Assembly (NCBI GenBank): GCA_030264375.1
Contig: JASCQW010000081.1
Span: 67,581,202-67,645,201, forward strand
Length of the DNA: 64,000 nt
Direction: 5' to 3'
Source: Carcharhinus longimanus
Lineage: Eukaryota
In this document: positions 24,281 through 38,229 of the stretch, piece after piece
How the letters are laid out: each line of letters starts with the position of its first letter
Numbering within the stretch: position 1 is the stretch's first letter
Program-made: the position numbers and the translations under genes
Notes under the pieces: generated by a model
Database searches by the model: none
What the model saw: only the letters and a program-made list of their open reading frames with translations
Told to the model about the DNA's origin: nothing

Positions 24281-25599
24281 ACCAACTAATAGTATGAGGC
24301 TGAATCATGCAACTCATCTGCTGCTATTCTTCCACAGGAAACAGGTGCCAAAACACTACAAATTGGACTAGTTCAGCACATGGAAATCCCCTAACACAGC
24401 ACTTCATTCAGCATCTTGTTGCAGAACAAATTAGCTATAACAAATATGAAAAATTCTAAATGTGTCTGTTGTGCTTAATAGTGTAAAAGGTCCGCTTGGG
24501 AGGAGACGAGGAAAATGATGAGAAGTGTACAAACTGTGGAATGAAAGCAGAATAAAGTCTAGCCAGTGCACATAATTTGGAAAAATGCTAATGCTTAAAA
24601 TTAAACAAATGACTGAATTAAAACCCATTAATGAAGTAATACATTCAAATGTTCTATTGGCCTTACTTAATTGATGTCAGAGAATGTACTGACTGACTTT
24701 TAAACATGCTGAGTTGCCAAATTTTGTAATGCTATAATGTCGCTGTTATTCTTAACGTTGACAATTGCAAACTGACAGCGAAACAAGGTAATGGATTGGA
24801 GGAGCTGACAGCAATTAAACCAAGCAAGTTTCCTCATTGCATTGTCACCCTGCTCAATTGTGTTGCAGGTATTTGTGCAAGTGATGGATTTAATCTGTAT
24901 GTATGATGAGCATTTAACTTCATGGTGGATGCTTTGTTTTCCCTGCAGTTTTCAACATTATCAAGGTCCAAATTAAGCGCCAATTCAAAACAAATTTGGA
25001 CCAATCCACAAATGACTATCTTACACTCAATCAAGTCTGGCAACATGTAAAACTCAGGATAAATACGCAAGCACTAATTTCACATGTTGACGAGATTTTA
25101 CAAAGTAATCATTTATGCTTACAGATCAAAGCACAAAGCTATTGATTTTTTTTGTCCAGACTTTGTTCATGCTGTCTTAGCCTAACTCGTCATCTAAAAA
25201 GCATTTCAAATTGGTTGACCCATTTCCAACTTAGCGTTTGATTTTCTGCATTTTGTGTTAAGTGCCTTGGGAAGTCTTGTTACATTAAGGTACAATTGAA
25301 GTGCAAATTTCTTTTCGTGATTTCTGATTGTACGTTTGAATTAATAACATTTCAGACTACAGTTTTTCAGTCCCTTGATCACCATCTGCTCTGCATTTCT
25401 GACGCCTGGATTATAAACTTGGTTTGGTGCAGACTGATGACTTCAAATCAAGCCTCAGCTGATGGGTTCCACTCCCCTATTTTCTGGCTCAGTGGGGTCC
25501 TATTAGAAGGAGCTTTCAGCAATCTTAGTTCATAATGCAGTGCTTCCCAAGCATGTGTATTGGAAACTCAGCACCAATCCTAGGACTGTCCTGTCCTTT

Positions 25600-25850
25600 T
25601 TAGGGCTGAGATGAAGAGAAATTTATTCACCCAGCGGAGTCAGCCTATGGAATTTGCTACCACAGAATGTACTGGGGCAAAAACATTGAATGTTTTCAAG
25701 AAGCAGTTAGATATAGCTCTTGAGGTGAAAGGGATCAAAGGATATGGGATCAGGCTCCTGAGTTGAATGATCTGCCACGATTATAATGAATGGCGGAGGA
25801 AGCTTGAAGAGACAAATGACCTCCACATCCTATGTTCTATGTTTCTATTT
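25600..25850 (+). mobile_element. CR1 LINE 3' end
   Basis: gagatgaagagaaatttattcacccag...gaatggcggag...ctatgttctatgtttcta tail. Confidence 0.85.
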
Positions 25851-26256
25851 GTCACAAGGCTGTTTGCAGACCAGATGATCATGGGTACGTAAGGATGATG
25901 TGGACATGGGATGTGTTGGCAGCATCAGAGTTCCTCTACAGCTCAGGCAGCCATACAGCATATAAGAGCTGCTAAGATTGTTGAATAAACGCTTCTGCTT
26001 GTTAGTCCCTTGTCGTTAATCAATACAACCCAGCAACTTCTACAACTGTTCAAAGTGTGTCTTGCATAATGAGTGTGTCCAAGGAAGCCCCCAACTAATC
26101 AATCAGAGCGCTGAATTGAACAGTTAGTCGGGTAGTGTAAGATTGATTAATTGGGGCAGTGAAATGCTGGCCCATTGATGAACCGTTTGGGCAAAAACAC
26201 TGACCTCCTGTCGGAGTCTTCCCTTAACAGTTGCCATTGCTGCCTCAGTACTGACT

Positions 26257-26320
26257 CCACTGGGGCTTGCCACCCAGGTTTTGGGAAGCCACTGGGGCTT
26301 GCCGCCCAAGTTTTGGGAAC
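26257..26320. repeat. 32-bp tandem duplication resembling a hAT-MITE terminus
   Basis: CCACTGGGGCTTGCCACCCAGGTTTTGGGAAG followed by CCACTGGGGCTTGCCGCCCAAGTTTTGGGAAC. Confidence 0.85.
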
Positions 26321-27004
26321 CTTAGATTTAGTGGACAGGGGCCACAGCACAAAACAAAAGTCCACAGGAGAGCTGGGGTTAATATTCTAACAATGGTATA
26401 CCAATGAAGTTTTTGAAACTTGAACAGAAAATGTCACACTGATGCAACTGATACATTCTAGAGGTTGCTAGTTGCTACGGTAGATTGCTGGGCCAGAGTT
26501 AAGGGAGTTTGACTCTCTTTCCAACCCATGCACTTTCCTGCCTTGAGATTGCTTGACGCTGACCCCCATCTGAAAACAGAAACTGGTGAAGTCTCCACTA
26601 ACATCACTCATCTTTACAAAAGCAAAAAAAAATCCAATTTATCCCTTGACTGCTTAACTATGACATTAGTCACTTTAGAAATTTCACCAGCAAATTAGTA
26701 GACCTTTGTCCAGCAACAAGACTTCTAACTTTGATGTGAAAGGGCATTCGATGTGGATAAATCACTGTGCATTACATCCCTCCAAGAAAAGCTTCACCTG
26801 GCCCAGCATAACTGAGACAACTATGTAAAGCATATAACCAGCTGACTACCTACAAGATATACTGCAAAATTATCGAGGCTTCATCAGCAACATCTATAAA
26901 ACCTGTAACCTCAACCACATAAAAAGACAAGGAGCCACCATCACTTCCAAGTTTCCCATTGAGTCACACCATTTTGATTTTGATATATATATTTTGTTTT
27001 CTCA

Positions 27005-27100
27005 GAGATAAAAGATACAAAAGGTCACGTACCAACCAACTCAAAAATGGCTTCTTCCCTGCTTCCATCAGACTTTTGAGTGGCCCTACTCATATTAAGT
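27005..27100 (+). mobile_element. Rex1/Babar-like LINE 3' fragment
   Basis: Decayed RTNQLKNGFFPASIRLL, similar to the recalled Rex1 ORF C-terminus RTxRLKNSFFPxAIRLLN. Confidence 0.55.
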
Positions 27101-28059
27101 TGGCTACATCTCAATAAATAACTCCTTTGACAAAAATGTTTTCTTCAGAAGAGCCACAGAATGCTGTGCCTGGTGACTGGAGCAGTCAGCACATACTCAG
27201 CACCACTTGTGTCTAGCTTGTGATGTATTTTATATAAAGACATGCTTCACACACTTGTTTTGGACAATATGAAGAAACTAAACATAAAACAAAATCAGCT
27301 TTAGATATGACAGTGTAAATGGATGGAAAGTACATGAAACCTTTTAAAAATATATTTCAATTTTAATGGAAGTTTCAACTGCCAGCAAGCACCAGAGAGG
27401 TAGCTGAAGTTATAGTCCCTGCAGTAACTGCAATGTAATGCAGTTTGTTATCAATCATAAAAGATGTTCTAATAGATCAACACTCAAATAACAGCGTTGC
27501 AGTTTATGAATCCTGCCTTTAAGTTATTTTAAAAATATATGTGAATTATAAATAATGATCCAGGTTTCTCAGAATGAAAATGGCAGTTGTAAAGATTACT
27601 GCAGCATAATTCAGGCCTCAATAAGTTTGCACCAGATGTGACACCAGATCCGTTTAATATTTAATAATCTTATCTGAAAGAAGTTCCAAGTCTTACTTCA
27701 TATTGCAGAGTTAATTGCCTTTTACATGTAGGATACACATTTGCTGAGAGTGAGTTGATAGGGTTCTTTTGGACAGTGTATAAGGGTCACTAGTTTGAAA
27801 GTATAACAGCTGAACTGCTACCTAGCATTGCTTGGTTGAATCCTTCTGTTAGATCACAGAATGTCAATCAATATGGATTTCACTGTACAATCAGTGGTTG
27901 GGGTTCAATATATAGGAAGTATTGAACTTTGTTTGATGGACAACATCGAGGACTATCATGGTATGAAAACGAAGCTCCAGCACACATCCTGAGTGCTCAT
28001 TAGTTTCTATGAAGGGACTAAGATATCATTGAATACTGTGTCAAAACTGACTGGGCCAC

Positions 28060-28832
28060 ATCTCGCTCAGATGACAAGGCCATGCAGGGTGTAAACTTGG
28101 CAGGCTTCCGACGAATGCAGGGTAATGAGTGTTTGTCGATGATCACATGATTGTCCTGCTGACCCACTCTGTAAGGACAATACTAACATAACTCGCAGAT
28201 TTGCATTCATGTTATCATATGACATCTCTGCATTCTGATGTCCGATGGCATCCTGAGGCTCAATATCAAGATGTGACCTTGGCATTAATCATGCATGAGA
28301 AATGGCATATGGAGAGCTGGCATTTGGAGAGCTGGTACTTGAAGAGCTGGTGCTGTCCAGGTGAAATTCCATCTTCAAATGGTGAAATGACAACAATTGA
28401 TGGGATGTTTTCCTCTTGATGTTGCCTTGCCAAGTTCCTGTTGTCACACTGGCATAAGTGCACTGTTGTGTGCAACAGCCTCCTGAAGGCTGCTATGGCC
28501 ACTGACATTTTCTGCACCGTGGTTAAAAGGATTGCACTGTCTGTAGTTGCTGAAGAATGAGAATTGGTGGACTACTTATCCCATTGCATAGCGCCACAAG
28601 CTCCCTAAGTTACTGCACCATCCAAGGGCGATCTCATCATTACGGTTTAAGTTAACTTGTGCTTCCACCATTATCTTGAGATTGACAACCTTTCCTGAGA
28701 TGAAATGATGACAATGAAAGTCTTAATGTCTCCCTTGCATTGAAGCGTCAGGAGAATTGCACTCATATCAGCTTGGCTTCACCTTACTCCTCCTGCCATT
28801 ACACTTGACCCTGTTATTGTGCACATGACTCT

Positions 28833-28873
<41 letters not shown>

Positions 28874-30790
28874 CGGGGGGGGGGGGGNNNNNNNNNNNNN
28901 NNNNNNNNNNNNNNNNNNNNNNNNNNNNNNNNNNNNNNNNNNNNNNNNNNNNNNNNNNNNNNNNNNNNNNNNNNNNNNNNNNNNNNNNNNNNNNNNNNNN
29001 NNNNNNNNNNNNNNNNNNNNNNNNNNNNNNNNNNNNNNNNNNNNNNNNNNNNNNNNNNNNNNNNNNNNNNNNNNNNNNNNNNNNNNNNNNNNNNNNNNNN
29101 NNNNNNNNNNNNNNNNNNNNNNNNNNNNNNNNNNNNNNNNNNNNNNNNNNNNNNNNNNNNNNNNNNNNNNNNNNNNNNNNNNNNNNNNTATCCACCCACC
29201 CCCCCGCCCCCCCCCCAAGTCCCTGCAACATTGATGTGCTCATGTCCTTTGTTCATCTGACCCTACTCCTTCTTGAAGCTACCTGCACACTTACTTTCTG
29301 GGAGTTACACCATGAGACCATCCATGAATTTGCAATTGCCAACTTATCAAATCCTGATGCCTTCCGTGAATGCCACAGTGCTCTCTGACTCCAACTCCAA
29401 GGATCAAATGCCTTCGTTGACTGACCACACCTTTCAAACCATTCTGCCCAGCGATGCCTTTTCTCATTCAAGATCAAACCAAGAAATTTGTGCCACGCGG
29501 AGCATTAAAACATGGCCCACACAGACCTGGGACAGTCTCTTCAATTTGCCCCCAACAGAACAGCCTCAGCCACAGAATAGTCTGTTCAGTATCCCGCTGA
29601 CAGTGTGGTCTCATCCCCAGGATAATCTCTTCAATATGCCTCTGACAGCATGGCCTCAGCCTCAGGGCAGTCTGTTCAATATTCCTCTTACAGTGTGGCC
29701 TCAGCCTCAGGCTAGTCTGCTCAATATCCCCCTGACAACATAGCCTCAGCCTCCTTGTACAGTCTTAACTCTTGCCCTAGGACTATTTTTCATTTCTCCA
29801 CTTTGTTCCTTGATCAGTCCATCGCCCATCCCATCCCCAGTCCTGCTTTTCTCTTCATCTTTCCCTCCTATGTTCCAATACTCCCTGCTGAAACCTGCCT
29901 CCATCTGCTCCTCCTCACTGGCCATTCCTCCCATGCCTAGCTTTGGTGCAGCTTGTGATATAGGCATCTGAAATCTTGCAGCAATGCTCTTTGAGGTAGG
30001 CAAAGCAACAACTGAGCACCTCAAAATCGTTGATGAACTGGAGCTCACATATATACAATCAGGAAACAGACCATTTTAATTATCTACTGGCATGGTGCTT
30101 AATTTGGACGAGAACATTATCCCACTGCATTGGCTATTTAATGAGCATTCATGAAATACAAATAGTTGCAAATCTGGTTCCCAACATAGATAAGCAGGAA
30201 ACTCGGCCTGCCTTTAATCCACCATCAAAGCTGGGAGAACAAAATATCAACCTCACCTCCCATCGAGATGAAACTGAACAGGCCACCCAGATTTTATGCC
30301 TCAGCTCGCCATGTTTCCCATTGTTGGTGGGAGTGGAGGATTCCACCTACTGGCGGCCATTTTGCACCTGCACTCACTGTGAGCGCAAATGGCAATGTGG
30401 GCACACAATGTCATGAGAATTGGAAACTTAGATTCTCATTGGTGCAATCTCATTTCCCAATTACTTGTGAGTAGGAATCTTATTTCAATACATTTCAATA
30501 AATTTTAATATGATTAGCAGACTTCCCCGCCATATGGGCACCCTCATATTTAGAATTACTCCACGTCACGTTGGCAAGGTTTAAAAATGTTCTTTAAAAC
30601 CATGAAGCAATCAAAGGGAACCAGCCAGGGGCTGTTAAGTATAGTCTCCAGGGAAGAAGGACATGCCTGGGCAGTGCATGTTCCCTGGCACCCTGGCTCT
30701 GCCTCCTGGCATTACCCTCTGGCACTGCCAGCTCTGTCAGTCCCAACCCACACCTCCAGATTTTTGTGCACAGAGTGCTAGATTATCAAG
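28060..30790. mobile_element. Probable decayed PIF/Harbinger-like DNA transposon remnants (contains a gap, poly-G and a minisatellite)
   Basis: GC-richer degenerate block; the ctggcactgcc-rich segment at 30650-30760 recurs at 49780-49840; weak Myb/SANT-like traces near 28770-28830 on the minus strand. Confidence 0.35.
29534..29752. repeat. 45-bp minisatellite, about 5 copies
   Basis: Unit approximately AGTCTGTTCAATATCCCYCTGACAGYRTGGCCTCAGCCTCAGGRY; translates as a 15-aa repeat SLFNIPLTVWPQPQx. Confidence 0.9.
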
Positions 30791-31469
30791 AGAGAAAACT
30801 TGGCTGTGCAGCTGGAGAGCTGCAAGGCAGTTTTATTGCCTCAGCCAGTGCTCTGTGCATACAGTAGAAAATCACCTCCACTGTCTTTGTTTTTGGGCCT
30901 TGCACTGGCCGTGACCCTATACTGAGCAAACATATTGTACAAGGAAAATTATTTCTGTATGTGTTGATGCTGGTTTTGGAGAGGGGGTAGGCATGAAAGC
31001 ATTTCAAAATTAGAGTGAAGGGAAGAAATTTTGTCTTAAATTTCAACTTCATGCATCCAAATGCTGCCACATTTCACCCACGAGAAACAACATGCAAAGC
31101 AAAAAGTAATTTTAAGATTTTAAAATGTTAAGATGATTTAAAACTAAACTAAAATAATTTGAATGTTTGCCTCCAAAGTGAAGAAGGCAACAACTTTTTC
31201 TTATCTATGGATTTCCTGATCAGATTTGTATTACTCAGACAGTGTGCACCAAGGTTGTTTCAACTCAGGGCATTAATGCACTAACTGTACAAATTGACTA
31301 AGTAAATCATACAGTGGTGAATGTCGTGTGTGATGATACTGTGCTGTTTTGCTATATTTTAAGGTGGAGCTGCTTTAAGAGGCAGTGCTTTGTTACAAGT
31401 GCCAATTGTCTCGTAAGCATGTAGCAGATGTTACAAATGCAGGCTAAAAACTGATTTTAGCTGGCAATG

Positions 31470-32080
31470 TGTTACTTCACAGAGTTAAGGCACCTTTTGT
31501 TTATTTAGGTTCTCCTGAGATTTTAGACTAGCTATGTAGAGTCATGTGAGTTATGATTAGGTTGATTAACAGGGACACAGTCATGTGGTTAATGGGAGGC
31601 ACTAAACTTGCAGTAACAAAACGGTTTCATTTTCATTTTAAATTACAAGCAGTTGCTGTCTGGACCTGCTAGAAGAAACAAGTGTCTCTCTCTCCCCCTC
31701 CACAGGTTTTCTGAAAACTCCAGGACTATTAACCTAAGTCACAGGCAAATATGCATGATTTTGGTAACCAAGTATAAAGAGGGGTTTAAGTCTGTCAGGG
31801 TAATGTTGCTAGATTGGAACTCATAGTGATAGGTTAGCAGTTAAGAATTGTATCTTGTCATATTTAAGTATTCAGTTGTCAAAGGTTAAGCTAATTCATT
31901 TGTTATAATTAAACCATGTTATTAAATAAAGTTCATTTTCGTTAAAAGTTCCCTGGTTTGTCAGTACAATTGCAACTGGAGTGAAACATCCTCCCCTCAC
32001 ATTAATGCCAAAATAGAAAATTGTTGGGGTCTGGTCTGACTTCAGAATATACATTATAGTTTCTGATCAGTGTCTTAACA
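31470..32080 (+). mobile_element. Solo LTR (probably Gypsy-like)
   Basis: Termini TGTTA...TAACA, 611 bp, AATAAA at 31925-31930; no clean target-site duplication. Confidence 0.55.
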
Positions 32081-33226
32081 CATAGATGCATTTAAGAGAA
32101 AGCTGAGTAAGTACATGAAGGCAAAAGGAATAAAAGGGTGTACTAGTAGGATGAAATGAAGTTGGTGGGGAGGAGACTCATGTGCAGCACAAATACAGAC
32201 ATAGACCTGACCTGTTTCTGTGCTGTCCATTCTCAAATTCTCCATAACTTCCTGATTCAAGCGTACACACCGACTGACATCTCAGCGATGTATTCACATG
32301 AAGCTGACTTAATATTGCCTCATTCAGCTCAAATGAATTAAAACCAAAGGCCAATACTCTACTGTTTCAAAAATGTCAGCTTCACCGGGTATCTCCTGAA
32401 ACTGTATAATGGCCACTTTGGATGACTCAATGCAATAATTATTAAAATTTTTGACATCCAGCTTGCACAAAGGGAGTTATAACAAGGGTCCAGATGAACT
32501 GCAAGAGTAAAAATGCAAGCAGCATATTATTTGAATTCAAAAATAGCTATGAAAACTTGGAGAATTGCAGTCAGGTATAATTCTCAGTTTAGTCCTGTTT
32601 GAGGTGAGAATTTGATGCCCTCCCTGATCAGTCCCTGGTTCATGGCATGGGTCTGACAACAGCAGATAAATGGGTATATTACATTAAATGGGCTTCATTT
32701 TGGCTGACAGGAAGCATTCCTGATAAAGAAAATATGAATGGTTTCAATAGTTTGGATTTTGTTGAACAAGAAATTTCCTCAACTAAATTACGCGGTACAT
32801 TGCAAACTACCATAGTGAATCAGCTGTATATTTCACATGGGCGTAATATGTGCAGCACATGTGTTGTATTGGAAAGGGGCCACATGGAGGTGAGAGCTGA
32901 ACTGCACAATCCACTCATCGCAGTCATTAGTGACTTACATCAATCAAGGTAATATACCTAACGTAGCATTTGATTTTCTCTGCATTGTAACAGCATCAGA
33001 AGAGCAATGCGAGTCCCTGATTTTAGTTGATGCAGACTTAAAACATTCTGCACTTTCAAGATGAAAATGGTGCAGAAGTGGATGTATCGGAAGGCGCATG
33101 CATTGTGGAGGCTGTTGAGCACATTTAGAAATTTGTCTGTAACCTGGGGCTTCGGAACTTAAATCACTTATCAACCTGAGTTCCACTACAGTTTCAAAGA
33201 ATTCTGAAATCACAACAGAAAGCGCT

Positions 33227-33800
33227 GGGGCAGAAATTAATAGCCCCCACACCACCTGGCAGGTATTGAAGTGGAGGGGTGGGCAGTGTGAAATTGTATG
33301 GATGGGATTCCCTCTGGGTTCCTGCCTACCACACTCTGGTGGTGATTTATGTTCAGGCAGGCAGGGCTTTGGATAGGAAGCCCACCCTTGTCCCAATTAA
33401 GGCCCTCAGTAGTGGCTGGCAGGTGGAATGCAGCCAAAGGGGTAGTTGTGGGGGGCAGGAGGGGGTGTAGAATTGTGTAAATCAGAATAGTTGGAACATG
33501 GGGAGGAAGTCAGGGCCTCCTTCAGAAGGCTGTCTGGGGACATCTTCCCCACAAGACTCAGTAAACTCTGGATTCCTCCTTCTTCCCTGACCTATCACCC
33601 CCACCCCCCGCCCCCCCCGAGACCCCAATTGCTCCGCCTCATGACCATTAAGGCCTTCCACACCTCCACCAGGATCCCTGCCAATTGCCTTGCCCTCTGT
33701 TTCCTGGAACTTAGTGCCTGGAAACTCTCTGCAGTTCCTCTTCCTGTTACTGCAGCGCTGTGCCTAGAATGACTGAATATTCTCCATATTAAGGGGTGGA
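33227..33800. mobile_element. Harbinger-like non-autonomous element
   Basis: Starts GGGGCAGAAATT; internal caattaaggccct motif shared with 50688-51450. Confidence 0.55.
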
Positions 33801-33914
33801 AGTGTCATCTTATGCCAATTATATTTATCTCCTGAATTCATTGCCTTCCTCATCATATTCTTAACCTTGTTACCTCAATCTTTCCCATTGTGTCAATTAT
33901 AGACAACTGTCTGT

Positions 33915-34245
33915 GATCATTTAAGGATGCCATTTGGCCCATCATGTCTGCCCCGGCTCTCCAACAGAGCATCTTATCCAGACCCACCCCCTTATTCCAA
34001 TAATTCCATTTATTAACCCTGCTAATCCCCCTAACCTACACATGTTGGGAACACTAAGGGATGGTTAATAATGGCCAACCCATCTAACCTGCATATGTTT
34101 GGATTGTGGGAAGAAACGAGCACCCAGAGGAAACCCACACAGGCACTAGGAGAACATGCAAACTCCACACAGTCACCAAAGGCTGGAATCAAATCACGGT
34201 CCCTGGTGCTGTGAGGCAGCAGAGCTAATCACTGTGCCACCCACT
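33915..34245 (-). mobile_element. HE1 SINE
   Basis: Head, central domain and tail match the other copies. Confidence 0.9.
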
Positions 34246-34424
34246 CTGAAAAAAAAACTATGCCCAGGTCACCCGGAATTGCAATTTTAAATTTCCAACC
34301 TCTAAGCCTTTGCCATTTACTACCATACTTCTGCAGTTGCTGATCTAAGCAACCAGCTCCAAGTTATACACTGTCTTGACGTTGCAATATAACACCATTC
34401 CTTCAATGTTGTTAGGTGTAATTA

Positions 34425-34850
34425 AACAGCAACTTACAGTTCTATGGCACTTTCAAGTATTAAAATGCCCCAAGGCACTTCGCGAGAGCATTAGAAAGCA
34501 ATATATCACACTGAGACACACAGGGAATTGTTAGGACTGATGACCTAAAGCTTGGTAAAAGAGGTAGTTTTCAAGGAGTACCTGAAGAAGGAAAATAAGG
34601 CAGAGAGGCGGTGCACTGTACAGAGGGAATTCCAGAACATAGGGCTCCATAATGGACCAATTAAAATCAACGATTCTCGAGAAGCCAGAAAACTAGGATG
34701 AGAATCTTAAAATCAAATTGTTTATTTGACTGGACGTCAGTGTAGTTCAACAACATGGGGGTGACAGGTCAATGACATTTGGCATGGGTTAAGACATAGG
34801 CAGAAGAGTTTTGGATGGCCTCACGTTTACAAAGGGTAAAATTTGGGAAC
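34425..34850 (-). mobile_element. L2-like LINE 3' region (related fragment at 44670-44900)
   Basis: Shared decayed motifs between the two loci (gcac.tt..a, gcagagag, tcaga...agggc/agtcc). Confidence 0.5.
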
Positions 34851-35689
34851 TCCCAATTTAACCTTCACTACATGGACTGCAGTGGTTTGAGTCAACAGCT
34901 TGCCACTGCCTTCTCAAAGGCAGTTAGGGTTGAGCAATAAATATGGGCCTTGCCAGTGACATTCACATCCTGGGAACAAAAAAAAACTCCACAGGGTAAA
35001 ATTCCTCTGACATGAGTTCTGAGGCACTGAAAGTGTGGCCAACAGCTGGCCTCAGCCACATGTTGCTTTTTTGACAAATGATGGTAGATACTGTATGCTG
35101 CGCCTGTTACACTGGTATACATGACTGCATACCAAACATTCCAGAGCACGGAAACAGATGCCAAAGATTACCAGCCACTATATAGACAAGCCGATCTGCA
35201 CACTTGTTTCAGGAGTTGCTAATATCAAAGTCTCCCCTTGCTTCAGATTAAATGCAAAACATTTTCAGAGAAAAAAAGATCAATTTCAAATTCCATTCTG
35301 TTGTGGATTATTTTGCTGAATCATCGAATGCAATGAGAACCATGAATTCTGTCATCACCTAATTTTGACACTTGTTAAATAGTCTTTAACAAGATTGATA
35401 GACAACGGGGTAGGAAAACAAACCCCAAATTCCCAAATTGAGTAAAGTTACTCTGATGAAATATTTGAGTCAATACAACAACATGAAAGTCCCTGAAGGT
35501 GCTACAGAATTTGAAAGGAGAAAATATCTGTGGAGGTAGAGAAGAAGAGAGAATTAAAGGTGTGAAGAGACCTACCTGGGTGGTATCATAAAGTCAGACT
35601 ATGCAAATATTATGAGAGAAAATTCAGTACCTTGAATAATAATGCCAAGAGTAGTCAAGTTGATCCAATATGTTGTCAGATAAATGATG

Positions 35690-35790
35690 ATCCATGCCAA
35701 ATGCCATTGTCCTATCACCCCTGTGCTTGCTGATCTACATTGGCACCCAGCCAAACAACAGTGTGAGTTTAAAATTCACATCCTTGTCTT
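35690..35790 (+). mobile_element. L2 LINE ORF2 C-terminal fragment
   Basis: Translates PITPVLADLHWHPAKQQCEFKIHILV, matching the L2-type ITPVLxxLHWLP...FKI motif. Confidence 0.75.
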
Positions 35791-37019
35791 CTGGCTTCTC
35801 GAAAATCATTGATTTTAATTAGTCCATTATTGATGGCTGTTCTCACTCAGTTATTGAAAGAGAACAACTCTTTCAATAACTGGGTGAGAACGATCACCAA
35901 GTTGTACTTGTAACAAAATATTGCTTTGTGAGAAAAACAGCACGTGTAAAAAGAAATGGGACAGAGAGAACTGGTGGGACAATGAAATAGAGAGAAATTG
36001 AGTGGGGGAGTAGATCAATTTAATAAGAAAAGTTGCCACACTTCACTCAGCATTATTACCATTTTCAGAAGTTATATTCAATGGGCCAGAATTTGCTGGC
36101 AGAATAAAGAGTGTTTAATGACATGCACCATTATTAGTGTGTAAAATGGTCAGCAATTTGTGGTGAGAAAGATATACCTATGAGCTGCAAAGATGGTGAG
36201 ATTTATGTTCTTGCAATTCTATTCAGTCTCACCAGCCTGGAAAGGGAACAATTTAAACCACAGCACCTCATTCCTGTCAGTAATGCGTTATTACTGGCTC
36301 GCTTACATTTTAATTTTGTCTTTTTTTATCATATCTTTTAATTTTCTTTCTGTACCCAAATTGCTCTAATTATCCTGATTTTTTCTTAGCCCTTCCCCTG
36401 TTTGTTTTTGCAATCTGAAGATAATCTTGTCCTCCACTGAGGTCCCAAATGCCCCATTGCTCTTCCTGTGTTATTATCAGCTTGCACTGCTGGCAATTTG
36501 CAACATGCAAAAATTAAACTCAACGACAAGGTGAAGAATAATCCATCTATAAATTCCGGATTTTTTTTTTTTGGCAATTATCAATCTCACCATTCTCTCC
36601 CCAAGGCCAGATCTCCCAGCACAAATAGATAGCTTGATTGGCCAATGCAGCTCAACAGATCTTTTTGCACAACCATTTGCTATCAGACGACATGACAGCT
36701 GCTGTTGGCACATCTCAGTATGTGACACTGCAGTACTTACCCTGTATAACAAGCACACCAAGTGAGAGGCTTCCTGCTGCATTAAGTAATATTTTTCTCA
36801 GTACAAGTAGGAGCTTAATACAAGTGGCTCCAGGCCAAGCTGAATGAAATTTCTTCATTCCCAACAATCAATACATGTCATTAAAAAAGCTGGAAGGCAC
36901 AGATAAGGCAAACACAAATCTTGTAAATTCAAAGTGCATTAATTTAGCCTGCACTCTGAAGCAATATGAAACAGAATATTGGTTCTCTTTTAGAGTCATA
37001 GAGGTTTACTAATTAATAT

Positions 37020-37020
37020 G

Positions 37021-37051
<31 letters not shown>

Positions 37052-37135
37052 TACATACACACACACATATACACACAAAGACGCAGACACTGACATACAT
37101 ACATACAAACACACATACAGGCATATGATACACAC
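37020..37135. repeat. (CA)n microsatellite with degenerate extension
   Basis: Direct observation. Confidence 0.95.
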
Positions 37136-38229
37136 GCTCCAAACCCAGGTCCCCAGAGAATGACCCTGGGCCTCTAGATTATGAGTGCAGTGACAATACC
37201 ATTACCATCTCCCCTTTGGTGATATTTATAAGTGTATAGCATTTGAATAGTTAATGGCAGCATTTTTCAAACGAAAAGCATGAATGTGACTTGGCTTCAG
37301 GTGCATACGACCACCAGCTCTGCTTTTAGGTTTAATAAAAACCTAAACAAACTTGATGTTTTCCACTTTTGTAGATTATGTTCAGAGAAGTACATACAAT
37401 TGATACAAAATACAAAAATGTAGGAGTTGCAGGGAGAGAGGAGGAGAACCTTTGAGGAAAGGGCTCAACACTGCCTGGTAGTTGGTGTTAGTGCTGGAAT
37501 TCACATATGTGGATGGACAGCACTAATATGGCAAAGATGTAAAAAAAACGCAATTGAACAGCGCAATTGGTCAGAGCAACAACAAATTGTAATTTGATAT
37601 ACATTAATCTGCTTAATATTAGTTCAACTTGATGGATGTTATCCAGGTTCTCTTCTCCTCCCTTGTATGATCTTGTATGATCTAAGCACTCAAAAAGGTC
37701 GAGGAAATTACCTTTTATTCTGTCTCAGCACCTGAGTTGCTGCCTTTTTTAATCTTCCTCTGCTTTTGCTAATTCCAACAATGGCAAACCTGTAGCCACA
37801 CTTAGAATCTTCTGTCTTTGCTTGATAGCAATCAAAGGAGACTTTAGATCCATCAACCCATTGACTGTGAGAAGACCTGAATACAGAATCTGTGCCTTTT
37901 ATACATCACTATTTACACATGGTATACTTATCACAGAGCAGAGCTTCTGAATAAATTGACCCTGACATAAGGAATGATCTACATCTAAATATTCCACAAA
38001 AATACAAAGCAGGAAATATCTTGACTCACATGAAAAGGCCAGACATGAAAAGACTTACTAGTCCACGCAGCCAATCTCTGTAATTGTGATGTGTTATGTT
38101 TCATAGTACATATTTCTCTTGGCAAAAACACACTAAAAACCCAGGCCAAATAGAGAGAACAAAAAGGCAGAAAATTCCTTGCTGATCACCTCAGACAATG
38201 TAAACTAGCCTGGGATACCACATTAACCC

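Noticed and set aside
25538-26294. Possible complete hAT element with TIRs CAGTGCTTCCCAA / TTGGGAAGCCACTG
   Set aside because: No matching 8-bp target-site duplication and the interior is a mosaic; only the terminal 32-bp duplication is supportable.
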